Below, piece after piece: positions 18,701-27,124 of a stretch of DNA of 27,487 nt. Made by a program: the position numbers and the translations under genes. Position 1 is the first letter of the stretch, and every line of letters starts with the position of its first letter. Origin of the DNA: a virus (taxonomy: Duplodnaviria; Caudoviricetes); the IMG/VR virus record IMGVR_UViG_3300025120_000423, positions 1-27,487 of that record, one strand, 5' to 3'. Under the pieces are notes generated by a model. The model was not told the DNA's origin and searched no databases. It saw only the letters and a program-made list of their open reading frames with translations.

Positions 18701-21700
18701 GGTTGATCCTATACCAAAAACATTATAAGTTTTATTATATGTACTATTAATGTATATAATTTCAGAAAAATTAATTACATCTTTATCGGGAGAATTTATA
18801 ATCCCAGATTTCTCTAAAGAGTAATAAAGTTTTTTGGGCAATTCAGAACTATTATTAATAGTAACTGAAGCATTAGTAGATATTCCTACTGTTCCAAAAC
18901 CAGATACACTAAAAGTTTCTGTAGAACCGGTTGATATAAACTCATTATCAAAATCTTCGTCATAGTAAAGTTTAAATAAATGTCCTTCTAAAGAAGAATC
19001 TGAAAGGTCAAATACTAATTTATTATTTAATATTGATTGTATTTTTGGATTAATTAAAGATATAGTTTGAGATGGACCACCTGTTCCTCCAATACTTACA
19101 ACTAATGGTGGATTTTGATTTACATTAATATCACTGATTCCCAACTTGATATTATCAGAGTTGACCTTATATACAAAATATGATCCAGTATTTAAACCAG
19201 AAGATATTTCATCAGATTCATAATATACTTTATCTCCTGTTTTTAAACCATGATTTTCAATATTAATTTCATTCGTAGATGTATTAATTCCTAAAGAGTT
19301 AAATCCTATAGGATTGATCTGTAAATTATTTGTTAATAAGTTTCTAGTCAATCTTACTGCCGTAGAAGTTCCAATGCCAACAGAAAGATTGGGATTCACA
19401 TTCATAGTAATTAAATCATCTTTAATTAATCCATGATAATGAGAAGTTGATATTGAAACAGTTGATAAAAATTTCTCAACTTTTCCAAGTTTTTGTATTT
19501 TATTGGTGTCGAAATAATAATCATCAACATTATCACCTCCTGACACAAAGAAAACTTCATCAGAAGTCAAAGAAGTTTTTATACCAATAGTGCTTGGAGA
19601 TTTATTAACAGCATAAACTGTTGTTGGTAAATAAAATAGTGATCCTGTAGGAGATGTTGAAATTGAAATGGCACCAGTATTGCCATTTTGACTAAATGTA
19701 AGTTTCTGATTAGTTGTAAATGGGTGCCCTTTGATGCTAATTCTTTGTGTAGGAATAGATCCTACGATAACTTCTTGTCCGAAAGAATATGACACATTAC
19801 GTCCAGTTCCTGCTGTTGTTCCAAAACCAACCGATTCTTGTGGATTAAAGTAAATTCTATTATTTAATTCAGATTCAAAATAATCTACCTTTTTATCAAT
19901 TGTAAATGTTTTTGGTTTAAATGATACTGCAACTCCTATAGCATGTCCGGTTTCAGGAAGACCTCTATTTACTCTAAAAACATTTTTATCTGGATATATA
20001 TTTAAAATTTCTAAAGTTTCAGTTCCAATTCCAATACTACTACCAACAGAAACACCCGGTGGAATTTGTGTTACATATATTTCTGTTGTAGCTGCTCCAG
20101 ATGATACAATTTCTGTTGTTAATCCTACATTTGAAATAGGTGAAACATCAATTTTATAATATCCATTTAATGTAGAAAGATTTGAAGTACTAAATCCAGA
20201 TATTGAAATATAATCTTTATCTGATAATGTATGGAAAGGTGAGATTGTTACGGTTACTTTATTACCTCTACTGAAAGTAATTACCGCATCATTATAAACT
20301 TCATATGAAGTATTAATTTCATCAATATTTCTTCCTTTCAATGATGAAACACTAGCATAAATTCCTCCACCGTTAGTATCATCATTATCAAAATTTAACA
20401 AATCATTTACTTTATAATCATCTCCACTATTGATAATAGAGATTTCAGAAACTGATCCATCTTCAATATCTTCAACAATTATTTGTTGTTGATCAATTTT
20501 ACTATTTTCAATAATAAAATCATTAGCAGCACCGTTTTCTAAAATTTTATATCCTAAAGTATTTCTAGAAAGAGATGAATTATGGAAATCAAATTTTTGA
20601 TTTAAACTTTGATTTTCATCAATAGTATTTGACTTAAAAGAATTTCCAATAAAATATGGAAATTGTGGTTCTCCTATAGTATTATCGATAGATGCATAAT
20701 ATGCATATACTCCATTTGGAAAATCTTTTGTCTTTGCAAATCTTCCATTATTTTTATCAAGATTGCCGTTTTGAGAATCGTATTTATAATCTTCGACAAA
20801 AAATCCTAAAGGAAAGTCGTCTATTGATGGTCTATCGTAAACATTGGATATATTTGACGCATAACCAGATTTCATGACCATAATACCGGAACTTATATTA
20901 TCCGGATCTACGACTGAATATGGTCCGTAGATAGGATTTCCATCGTATGCCCATCCAATAATATTAGATAAATTTTTTGTATTCTCATTGAATGAAGACT
21001 GCAAATCTTTAGAATATGTAAGCACTGAATATGATAATTCATTATTAAAATCTTTTAATAATTCAGTTTGTTTTTTACTAGTTTTTTCAACCTGATTGAC
21101 AGTAAGTTTTCTTATAGATGCATCTAAAATTTGACCAGTTCCACTAGGAACAACTTTAATTGTACTAGAAGTGGAATATCCTATTCCTGGATTAATAATA
21201 TTTACTTCAGTAATTCTTTCATTAGTAACTATAGCTCTTAACTTGGCACCACTCCCCATATTAGTTGGGTCTGAAACTATTAAATCCGGAGTGGAAAAGT
21301 ATTCATATCCTCCGAACTCTATATTTGTTCGATCGATATGCCCATTAACTATAATAGGAGTTATTTGAGCATCTCTACCATTTTTAAGTGAGAGAGGAGG
21401 TTTTTTTTCAAGATTTAAAATATTTAATCCATATCCAGTTCCTGGTTCATAAACATAAATTCCTTCGATGGATCCCTTAACAACTGGTATTGCAGTTATG
21501 GACTGAACTTGTGTTGTTGTTCCAATACCAACTGTTGTAAACTCAATACTTGCTTTTATGTCTGGATATTTAAACTGCTGAAATCCAGTTCCAACGGAAG
21601 AGAATTTTACAAAATTATTTTGATTATAATTTGCAATATTTGTTCCTCCAATACCAGCATCGCATACTCTAAAAGATTTTTCATCATTTCTTAAAATAAA

Positions 21701-24700
21701 ATATTGATTAGTCGTAGTTAATCCAGAAATAGTCTGTGGTTGTGTGGTCCCTAATCCAACAACAGATGAATATTCTACAATTTCCCCACTTAAAAATCCA
21801 TGATTATTAAAGTTTATCGTGTTTTGCGAAGTAGAAATTCCTGTTGGTTTGACTAAAAGTTTTCTATTTGTAAATGATCCACCTTCTATAATTATTACTT
21901 CTGAAATAGTGTTTGTTGCTAATTCTGTTACAAATTTATGTATTCCACTTGTGGAATCATTTGCAAAAGAAATTTGATTAGATTCACTCAAGTAATCATC
22001 AAAATTATTGAATAATACTATTGTTTTATTATTATCAACTTTTGCAAAATAATTTTTATTATTTAATAATGAAGATACTCCTATTCCAATAGGAATACTT
22101 TCATTGCCACTGTTTCTATAAGTAATTTTTTGCCCGTTCGAAATATTATGATCGTCTAAAAATGTCAATTGATTAGTAGTTGTACTTATACCACCACCTT
22201 CAGTAATAGTTCTTGCATCAAATAATATTTCCCTTCTTCTTTTAGTCAATATTGGTTCGAAAGATCCTCCAGTTCCATTTCCACCAGTAATATTAATCGA
22301 CAATACTTCCTTAATATCAAAATTTTGCTTATCTACGATTATATCTGTTACTGTTCCACTTACAATTGGTTGAACTAAAGATGTAGTCCCAACACCATTA
22401 GATACTATTATCTTCGGAACATTAATAGTGTCAAAATTGATTCCACCATTTAAAACTTTAACATTATCTATTGGACCATAATAAATTTTATCCAAAGTTT
22501 TGTAATTAGAAATTTCAACTCCATTAATTAGCATTCCAGTTGATCCTGGAATTGTATTCTCTCCAATTTTATTCTTAATATTATGATTTAAAGAAAATTT
22601 CTTTAGAATTTTCTGAGGATTTATTATTCTCGATTTTTGAGAAAATAAAGTAAATGTATGTGTTTCTAATACTGGAGAAGATGGTTCTCCTTCAGAGAAT
22701 GCTGCTGATTTGAATTCAACAGCATTTGTATCAGAAACTAAAAAGGAAGCAGAGGTATAAAGTTTTATTTTTTTACTGTCACTATTAGGTACAATCTTAA
22801 TATAATAAGAACCGTCTTCTAATCCCTGCAAAAGTTCTCCAGATGAAGTATATTGAACTTTCTCTCCACTTATAAAAGGGACAGGAGTATCGAAGAAAAT
22901 AGTAGAATATAAACCAGTGTTAGTATTTAAATCAACAATACTTCCAGAAGAAGAAGAGATTGATGCTGATTTAATTTTTTCTTTTATTTGATATGCATAT
23001 GAATTTGTAAGTTCATTTCCCCAGGATGGAAGTGAATTTGATGCTATGTATGCAAAATTATTATCATCAACATACATGTTCTGAACATCAGAAATAATAC
23101 TATTATTTTGATATTTAAAATCAACAAAGGCACTATTTGCCTTATTGATTTTTCTTCTCAATTTTATAGATTGTCCTTCATTTGGAGAAAAAGAACTTAA
23201 ATTTCCTATAAAAACTGAATTGGATGTAATATCAGTATTCACAAAGGGTAGATCTGAAGTATCTGTGGGGTATATTACATTATTTGTTTGTTCATCTATA
23301 AATTCTACTCGATCACCTCTTTTCAATTGAGATCTATCGATAGAAGTTTTTAATATAACACCAGTTGGATTTGATCCTCCAATAAAACTATCAATTTCTA
23401 TTGAAGAACTAGTATTGTAAATCCAAGAATTTGCAAAAATTTCTGTATATGTTTTATTTTGTTCTGGGTTTTCAATTAAAGTTCCAATACTCTTAACTCC
23501 TAAGATTTGTCCCTCATTAACAGAAATTGAATCTGATTTTTGAACAAAATTTGAAAGGACTCCCGTTAACCTGAGAACAACTTTTTTTGTTACATCCCCA
23601 TCTTCATAGGAAAAATATGTATCATCTGAAAAAATATTATCTGTAGCAGTAATAGTATCAACAACTCCAGAACATCCTAAAAACTGATTAATACTCTTAT
23701 CAACATATGTAATAGTACTATTTTCGGAATATATTGTTCCGGTCTGGGCAAATCCAATTGTAGAATCTACAGATATTATAGAAGCACCAATACTGACATT
23801 CTCCAAAACTTTTGAGTTAGGAGTGATTATAAAATTACCTTGAACATTACTATTATCACCATATCCAACAAATAACCCTACTTTGTAATATACCTTTTGA
23901 TCTCTTGTAAATATTTCAACTGAAGATATAGAAGCATTAGTTGTAGGATCTGTTGATTTTATTAATGTTTGCCCAATTATTTTTGCAGGGTCGCCACTAA
24001 TAGCTTCGGCAATACATATTTCATTTCTAATAAATCTTGCATCTGATGGTTTTATTAGATATTCCTCAAGATTAATTATTCTTGGAGTTTCTCCAAATAA
24101 GACATTAAATAATATTCTAAAAGAATCATCGGTGCCTTTAGATTCGTAAAATGATCTAGATTCTTTTATAAAGTTTCCAGCATCTAATTCAGGATTAAGA
24201 ACTCTATTCTCAAATCCAGGTGTATATGTAGATTTTAATCTTTTATAAAATTCTTTTAAAAATAAAGAACTCAAATTCTCTACTACAGAATTTGAAGTAT
24301 GGGAATCCGCAGTTGTATTTGAAAATACTAATTCTTCTGCATTTAGATCATGATGATAACTAGTAATTCCACTAAAACCACGAATACATCCAGTAAAAGT
24401 GTTTGTAGTAACTCCAGTGTATGTTATAATTTCATTATCAATCTTTAATAGTCCATATTTTTCAGGAAATCCTTTTGTATTAGGAACACTAATTGTGTTT
24501 TCATCAGATTCGATATCGGAGGATAAAGTTGTAAATCCTACAACTACTTCTGGAGTTAAATTATCTACTTTTAAATACTGGTCAAGATTTTCTGCAATAT
24601 CAACAGGTCCACCTTGATACTCTTGAGAAATATAATATTGTTTTAAAAAATCTAATGCTTGGGGACTTTCCCCCAAAACATATTCCGGTAATTGATTAGA

Positions 24701-24748
24701 AATTATGTCCTGAATCTTGACTCTAGATTCAATTCCAGTTTGTATCAT
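12734..24748 (-). CDS. gp7: Baseplate wedge initiator gp7, greatly enlarged (4004 aa)
   Basis: Between gp6 and gp8. gp7 core motifs FYESKGTDDSFRILFNVLF (near 24100-24150) and DYYQNLSYSIKS...W...VNSLVHSIGIKNF (near 17425-17530), plus many inserted beta-rich repeat domains. Confidence 0.88.
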   Translation of the reverse strand: MIQTGIESRVKIQDIISNQLPEYVLGESPQALDFLKQYYISQEYQGGPVDIAENLDQYLKVDNLTPEVVVGFTTLSSDIESDENTISVPNTKGFPEKYGLLKIDNEIITYTGVTTNTFTGCIRGFSGITSYHHDLNAEELVFSNTTADSHTSNSVVENLSSLFLKEFYKRLKSTYTPGFENRVLNPELDAGNFIKESRSFYESKGTDDSFRILFNVLFGETPRIINLEEYLIKPSDARFIRNEICIAEAISGDPAKIIGQTLIKSTDPTTNASISSVEIFTRDQKVYYKVGLFVGYGDNSNVQGNFIITPNSKVLENVSIGASIISVDSTIGFAQTGTIYSENSTITYVDKSINQFLGCSGVVDTITATDNIFSDDTYFSYEDGDVTKKVVLRLTGVLSNFVQKSDSISVNEGQILGVKSIGTLIENPEQNKTYTEIFANSWIYNTSSSIEIDSFIGGSNPTGVILKTSIDRSQLKRGDRVEFIDEQTNNVIYPTDTSDLPFVNTDITSNSVFIGNLSSFSPNEGQSIKLRRKINKANSAFVDFKYQNNSIISDVQNMYVDDNNFAYIASNSLPSWGNELTNSYAYQIKEKIKSASISSSSGSIVDLNTNTGLYSTIFFDTPVPFISGEKVQYTSSGELLQGLEDGSYYIKIVPNSDSKKIKLYTSASFLVSDTNAVEFKSAAFSEGEPSSPVLETHTFTLFSQKSRIINPQKILKKFSLNHNIKNKIGENTIPGSTGMLINGVEISNYKTLDKIYYGPIDNVKVLNGGINFDTINVPKIIVSNGVGTTSLVQPIVSGTVTDIIVDKQNFDIKEVLSINITGGNGTGGSFEPILTKRRREILFDARTITEGGGISTTTNQLTFLDDHNISNGQKITYRNSGNESIPIGIGVSSLLNNKNYFAKVDNNKTIVLFNNFDDYLSESNQISFANDSTSGIHKFVTELATNTISEVIIIEGGSFTNRKLLVKPTGISTSQNTINFNNHGFLSGEIVEYSSVVGLGTTQPQTISGLTTTNQYFILRNDEKSFRVCDAGIGGTNIANYNQNNFVKFSSVGTGFQQFKYPDIKASIEFTTVGIGTTTQVQSITAIPVVKGSIEGIYVYEPGTGYGLNILNLEKKPPLSLKNGRDAQITPIIVNGHIDRTNIEFGGYEYFSTPDLIVSDPTNMGSGAKLRAIVTNERITEVNIINPGIGYSTSSTIKVVPSGTGQILDASIRKLTVNQVEKTSKKQTELLKDFNNELSYSVLTYSKDLQSSFNENTKNLSNIIGWAYDGNPIYGPYSVVDPDNISSGIMVMKSGYASNISNVYDRPSIDDFPLGFFVEDYKYDSQNGNLDKNNGRFAKTKDFPNGVYAYYASIDNTIGEPQFPYFIGNSFKSNTIDENQSLNQKFDFHNSSLSRNTLGYKILENGAANDFIIENSKIDQQQIIVEDIEDGSVSEISIINSGDDYKVNDLLNFDNDDTNGGGIYASVSSLKGRNIDEINTSYEVYNDAVITFSRGNKVTVTISPFHTLSDKDYISISGFSTSNLSTLNGYYKIDVSPISNVGLTTEIVSSGAATTEIYVTQIPPGVSVGSSIGIGTETLEILNIYPDKNVFRVNRGLPETGHAIGVAVSFKPKTFTIDKKVDYFESELNNRIYFNPQESVGFGTTAGTGRNVSYSFGQEVIVGSIPTQRISIKGHPFTTNQKLTFSQNGNTGAISISTSPTGSLFYLPTTVYAVNKSPSTIGIKTSLTSDEVFFVSGGDNVDDYYFDTNKIQKLGKVEKFLSTVSISTSHYHGLIKDDLITMNVNPNLSVGIGTSTAVRLTRNLLTNNLQINPIGFNSLGINTSTNEINIENHGLKTGDKVYYESDEISSGLNTGSYFVYKVNSDNIKLGISDINVNQNPPLVVSIGGTGGPSQTISLINPKIQSILNNKLVFDLSDSSLEGHLFKLYYDEDFDNEFISTGSTETFSVSGFGTVGISTNASVTINNSSELPKKLYYSLEKSGIINSPDKDVINFSEIIYINSTYNKTYNVFGIGSTTFQISLQESPEKFSYTSLECDNLEYTTTSTSASGPVNNVNLISGGSQYKKLPTLSSVSTINGKNLSVSLDSNKIGLPKETRIINEKFEYSSDNTLQPKVDISPKIVLRDSNTIGIVTITSGGSGYISPPEVIVVNNDTRTPLDNGVIEAKLTGNSITDLIIDVPPKGISDQSAELFTINNTNGISIIKVESQENTGIFTCVITTPSLGFDQDVFSVGEEVFVEGIQKSSTTGDGFNSSDYGYKFFKVVKYEKKLTDDRVTISIAGLGTNVGVAKTIQDSFGNIIAKKNYPTFSLSLSPSGFEIGETLISNGIERNLRVTDYENSGSLKVIGTYNLSVNEIITGKFSGNVATIKSLKNYDGMFEIKFSNRKNEGWENETGKLSEDYQVLANNDYYQNLSYSIKSRQQWNDIKTSVNSLVHSIGIKNFSDTEIISDGDGRVGIESSSDATTIIRDYISENRVDTINIFDFVEDVDLLSDKSKFLKLQNKKLTNYQESISNIGLRIDDISKQFSNIEGEPLQYKNILKIDEDVSYNNYLFKVSDISEKNQVQLTSLLFLNNSVNDNIALLEKQSLVNVGSGFTTIDEEQYGDFSIEIDEFNDKYVRFTPKDPFNTEYDIKYIQKKFDESVIGVGTVSIGFVDITSRSQVILKGSTDSIIGVATDKILSFHVNAQVYKEITNEMNFVELYVTHDGTDTNISEFYFDTEDFSRSNNFIGSFGADIDTSGLFNLNYTNDTDEDIVVKTHVVGFGTTSVGVGTFRYILQNQPEGNERSAIYESGISTTTSGISTSFLRLNKNNFDSARSLVEVSIGSTKSIHQVMMVQDTTDIYTQQYSLLSIGSTSGESTPLGVGTFGGEYSGDDVLVKFYPDSNFIGDIKINSYSECLYTTSDFINQAPNLIYGNSIETLNTDSYLAINGDRINKEDFILRSKTTPIFAKSFNPSDVNVLNLSTGAFSIDNHFFSNGEELIYTPKSTFVGVGSTPMMYKDGSVVAQLPSQVFAVVNNNDNFSISTVKSGTAVTFTSVGEGNSHQFSMAKRNEKAIITINNVAQYPITFAKVSQTLSGNGGSISTTATIFTLSGISTIYPLDILRVDDEYMKVVNVGLGTTNIGPISNSGTETLVEVERGFVGSSSTSHTDSTLSRIYKGSYNIVGDSIFFTKAPRGNPNISRRGNNLVFETSKFSGRVFLRKDYTTNEVYDDISKEFTGIGRTFTLTVGGANTSGIGTIGGNGLVFINGVFQTPTTTNNPLNNFSIIEQISPTGISSIVFSGIKEDITDPTSILISESDVNQNQIPRGGLIVSLGSTGGLGYAPLAGAAVTAIISGGVIQNSIGIGITDNVGSGYNSIVSIGVSIFDPTGNGSGAVITASPVGTGGTLTFNVSNGGSNYSDQTEIFVSEPTYENLEIVGISRIGVGATTDSGVGLLLDINVSASSTTGIGSTYFEVSNFNIKRSGYSFRKGDVFAPVGLVTAKDLTSPISEYQFTVLETFSDNFASWQFGELDYIDSVKNYQDGKRIRFPLFYNGSILSFEKPENSIIELQNTLIVIINGIIQDPGSSYQFEGGTSFSFSVAPKPEDKIDIFFYRGTRGEDDLVVDNVIPTLERGDDIRVFKNDTIPETITQDQRTVFDVSFSDKFETNLYVDQGIDEVNLKPMSWTKQKTDRVINGVFVHKTRQSTIAQIYPTAKIIKDVTTSDANIFVDDISNFNYGVSEGGPYDQMKGIIVDGKLDPSPANITASIGVGGTVSALTIVDGGNEYVGSTVNIKFQSPLQIGVGIGTTAQATGTITNGVITGTTITDPGFGYTVEPKTITPLPDSNTETVDIKFVKGFSGIITGIGTTSGSGGHSLALKLFLNTGTANFGDDLDIGYPIFVKDTIIGSGVTSVDSSNVAVVGIGTTFLDNIYYIHELSRFGDHVGIVTCNIDSGTDITGLSTSGDYVGEFSWALFSSITRSSTPISIGVTGKTVDVGLSTFPTIQRRGEGLRLTGSLLEILS

Positions 24749-24749
24749 A

Positions 24750-26687
24750 TTACTCTCTGATTAAACTTCCGTTTGAATAGCTTGATGTGTAAAAATCTCT
24801 GTTAAAGACTGTACCTGATATTTCATCTCCAGATGAAATAACATCCTTAATCATATTTATTTTACTTTTTCTAATGTCAAAATTGATATAAAGTTCTTTT
24901 AATCCAACAACATCATTTGATTCTGGAAATGCTTGTATCTCTATAATATTATTTGGTTGCACAGTTGATACAATATTTACTGTCCCTATATTAATTTCAC
25001 CTCTAACATAATCAACTGTTCCTACAGACTTTGCAACAACTCTTATAGTCCCATCTGATAAATTCTTGACAATTGAAAGAATACCAGTTTTTTTATCGGC
25101 ATTTGGTATATCAGTCAAATAAACAATACCACTCTCTCCAGATACTCTAAATCCAGTAGATTTGATATTTCTCCCATTTTCAGAAACATGAAACTGATTT
25201 CCAAAACACAATTCATACTGTGCAAATTGATTAAGTAGTGCAAATAAATTTCTTCTTATCGTAACTCTAGTAATATTTGATGTTATAGAAGTATCTGTGC
25301 CGTCAATAGTTCGTAATACTTGACTATACCTAATCCTCCCTCCAAATTTATTCAAGTTAGTTGATTCGGAATAATTTGTAAGTGAATTAACAATTTTAGA
25401 TTTTAAATCTTCAGGTGTTGATACCATCGAATCATTATAATAAACAAATGAGTTAATCTCAACATATAAAATTTTGAGATCTACAATTTTTTGATTAATT
25501 CCCGATATTGAATATTGCTTAAGTTGTGATAAAATTCTTGTTTTATTGAAATCAGATACTAAAAATCCATTTTTAGGTTTAATTGAAATTTGAACTGTCC
25601 CAAACTCCGGAGGATCTAATTCTTCACCACCAACAACAGATACAGATTCAGTATCTGAATATATTTTTTTTATAATTGACTCATAATCTCTTCCAGTAAC
25701 TGCTCTATTCTGTGCAGAATATATTTTTGGGGCAAAATATTTGACAGAATCTATAGATTCAATCTCTCCACCATTTTGAGATGATTGATTTGTGATCATA
25801 GTAAATGGATCCGGAGAAACTGAGTTCCCATTACTATTAACTATATTACCAGCAAATGAGAATCTATCAGCACCATTTCCATCTTTTCCATCAGTAGTAA
25901 GATAGTTTACAGTAATTATTTCTCCTGATTCCAATTTTCTTCCAATTAAACCGTCACCAAACAAAAGTTCATATTTTTCATCTTGAATTTCTTGTATCAA
26001 ATAAACAAAAGAAGTTCCTGTAATATTAGTGATATTGTTAATTAATTTATATTCTATTCCTAATCCAGATTCTCCTTCTTTCTTTACATATACTTTTATT
26101 GTTGAAGTATCGATAAATGAATTATTAAGAATAAATTTTTGATTTAAAGATGAATCAACTATGAATTTTTTCTCAAGAAATGTTCCCTCATAAATTTCTA
26201 TATTTTCAAATATTGCCGATATTCTAGTAGTAGGAACACCACCAACATTTAAATTTACAAAACTAGTTGGTCTTTGTATGTCTTCTAATATTGAGAATGT
26301 ATATGAAGTATCATTTGCATTTCCAACACAAACTAAACCCTTCTTCAATGTCAATGTTGATGAAGGAGACTCACTTGCAGTATTTACATTCGATATAAAG
26401 GTCACAGATGCCTTTGCAGCACTTCTTGAACTAGGAACATACCCAATATTCCTTGCGAGAGAAACAACGTTCTCACGGAGTGTTGCAGAGTCTAAGAAAG
26501 ACTCATTCACAACCATATTTGAGTTGAATGCTGTTATGTAAGTATTATATGCTAAAGTATCAATCAGTACTGAAAAATTAGAACCTTCGAAGTCAAACCC
26601 CGAGAAATCAGAATTTGCACGTAAATAATCTTTGATAGATTCTTTTATTTGATCGAAATCTAAATTAGCGAATTTTGTAAAAGGCAT
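24750..26687 (-). CDS. gp6: Baseplate wedge subunit gp6
   Basis: LDFDQIKESIKDYL...DFEGSNFSVLIDTLAYNTY...ESFLDSATLRENVVSLARNIGYVP; YELLFGDG; APKIYSAQNRAVTGRDYE (baseplate J-like). 645 aa, similar in size to T4 gp6. Confidence 0.96.
   Translation of the reverse strand: MPFTKFANLDFDQIKESIKDYLRANSDFSGFDFEGSNFSVLIDTLAYNTYITAFNSNMVVNESFLDSATLRENVVSLARNIGYVPSSRSAAKASVTFISNVNTASESPSSTLTLKKGLVCVGNANDTSYTFSILEDIQRPTSFVNLNVGGVPTTRISAIFENIEIYEGTFLEKKFIVDSSLNQKFILNNSFIDTSTIKVYVKKEGESGLGIEYKLINNITNITGTSFVYLIQEIQDEKYELLFGDGLIGRKLESGEIITVNYLTTDGKDGNGADRFSFAGNIVNSNGNSVSPDPFTMITNQSSQNGGEIESIDSVKYFAPKIYSAQNRAVTGRDYESIIKKIYSDTESVSVVGGEELDPPEFGTVQISIKPKNGFLVSDFNKTRILSQLKQYSISGINQKIVDLKILYVEINSFVYYNDSMVSTPEDLKSKIVNSLTNYSESTNLNKFGGRIRYSQVLRTIDGTDTSITSNITRVTIRRNLFALLNQFAQYELCFGNQFHVSENGRNIKSTGFRVSGESGIVYLTDIPNADKKTGILSIVKNLSDGTIRVVAKSVGTVDYVRGEINIGTVNIVSTVQPNNIIEIQAFPESNDVVGLKELYINFDIRKSKINMIKDVISSGDEISGTVFNRDFYTSSYSNGSLIRE
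24854..24861 (-). promoter_or_regulatory. Possible embedded late promoter AATAAATA for gp7
   Basis: NATAAATA variant inside the 3' end of gp6 (codons K-I-N-M), about 105 nt upstream of the gp7 ATG. Confidence 0.4.
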
Positions 26688-26688
26688 A

Positions 26689-27090
26689 TTACCTTGTTGC
26701 CTCTAAAAGGAACGAATATTCTTGTGTTGGAAACTCTTGACCAATAATATCAAATATTACAGTGACATCAAATGCATTACGGTCTGGTCTTGGTAGAACC
26801 TCGACTTGTAAATTATTAATCCTTGGTTCAAAATTATTAATGGATATCATAATTTGATCACTGACTACAGAGGCAGTACCGAAATCAACAAACTCAAATA
26901 AACTTCCCCTTACGTCAGATCCAAATATTGAATTGAAAAATTTTTCGGTTGGTATTGTTTGAACAATATTTCTCACAGATCTGCGAATTGCTGCCTCATT
27001 TTTGAGAACAGGTAGATCTTTAGTAATTGGGTGAGGTATAAATGATAAACTAATATCTTTAAATGCTCTAGATATCCTCTGAATTGCCAT
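26689..27090 (-). CDS. gp25: Baseplate wedge subunit gp25 (GPW/gp25 family)
   Basis: FKDISLSFIPHPITKDL..LKNEAAIRRSVRNIVQTIPTEKFFNSIFGS...INNFEPRI; 133 aa; directly upstream of gp6. Confidence 0.95.
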   Translation of the reverse strand: MAIQRISRAFKDISLSFIPHPITKDLPVLKNEAAIRRSVRNIVQTIPTEKFFNSIFGSDVRGSLFEFVDFGTASVVSDQIMISINNFEPRINNLQVEVLPRPDRNAFDVTVIFDIIGQEFPTQEYSFLLEATR

Positions 27091-27113
27091 TTTTGACTAG
27101 AGTTTTCTTAACT

Positions 27114-27121
27114 TATTTATA
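27114..27121 (-). promoter_or_regulatory. T4-type late promoter TATAAATA
   Basis: Exact match in the intergenic gap, about 23 nt upstream of the gp25 ATG. Confidence 0.9.
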
Positions 27122-27124
27122 CTC

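Noticed and set aside
20781-20788. Exact TATAAATA in the middle of gp7
   Set aside because: Encodes D-Y-K-Y in the YHYH-like domain with no evident downstream start; expected by chance at this AT content.
12734-24748. Intein or intron as the cause of gp7's size
   Set aside because: No C/S...HN splice motifs in an intein-like context, no LAGLIDADG/HNH motifs and no frame breaks were noticed; the extra length consists of beta-rich repeat domains.
10-26541. About 20 plus-strand ORFs of 60-171 aa in the ORF track (e.g. 621-896, 2107-2622, 15300-15617, 18096-18563)
   Set aside because: All lie antisense to long, well-supported minus-strand genes. Many are codon-aligned mirrors (Pro/Val/Ile/Ser-rich) and I see no SD, promoter or recognisable motif.
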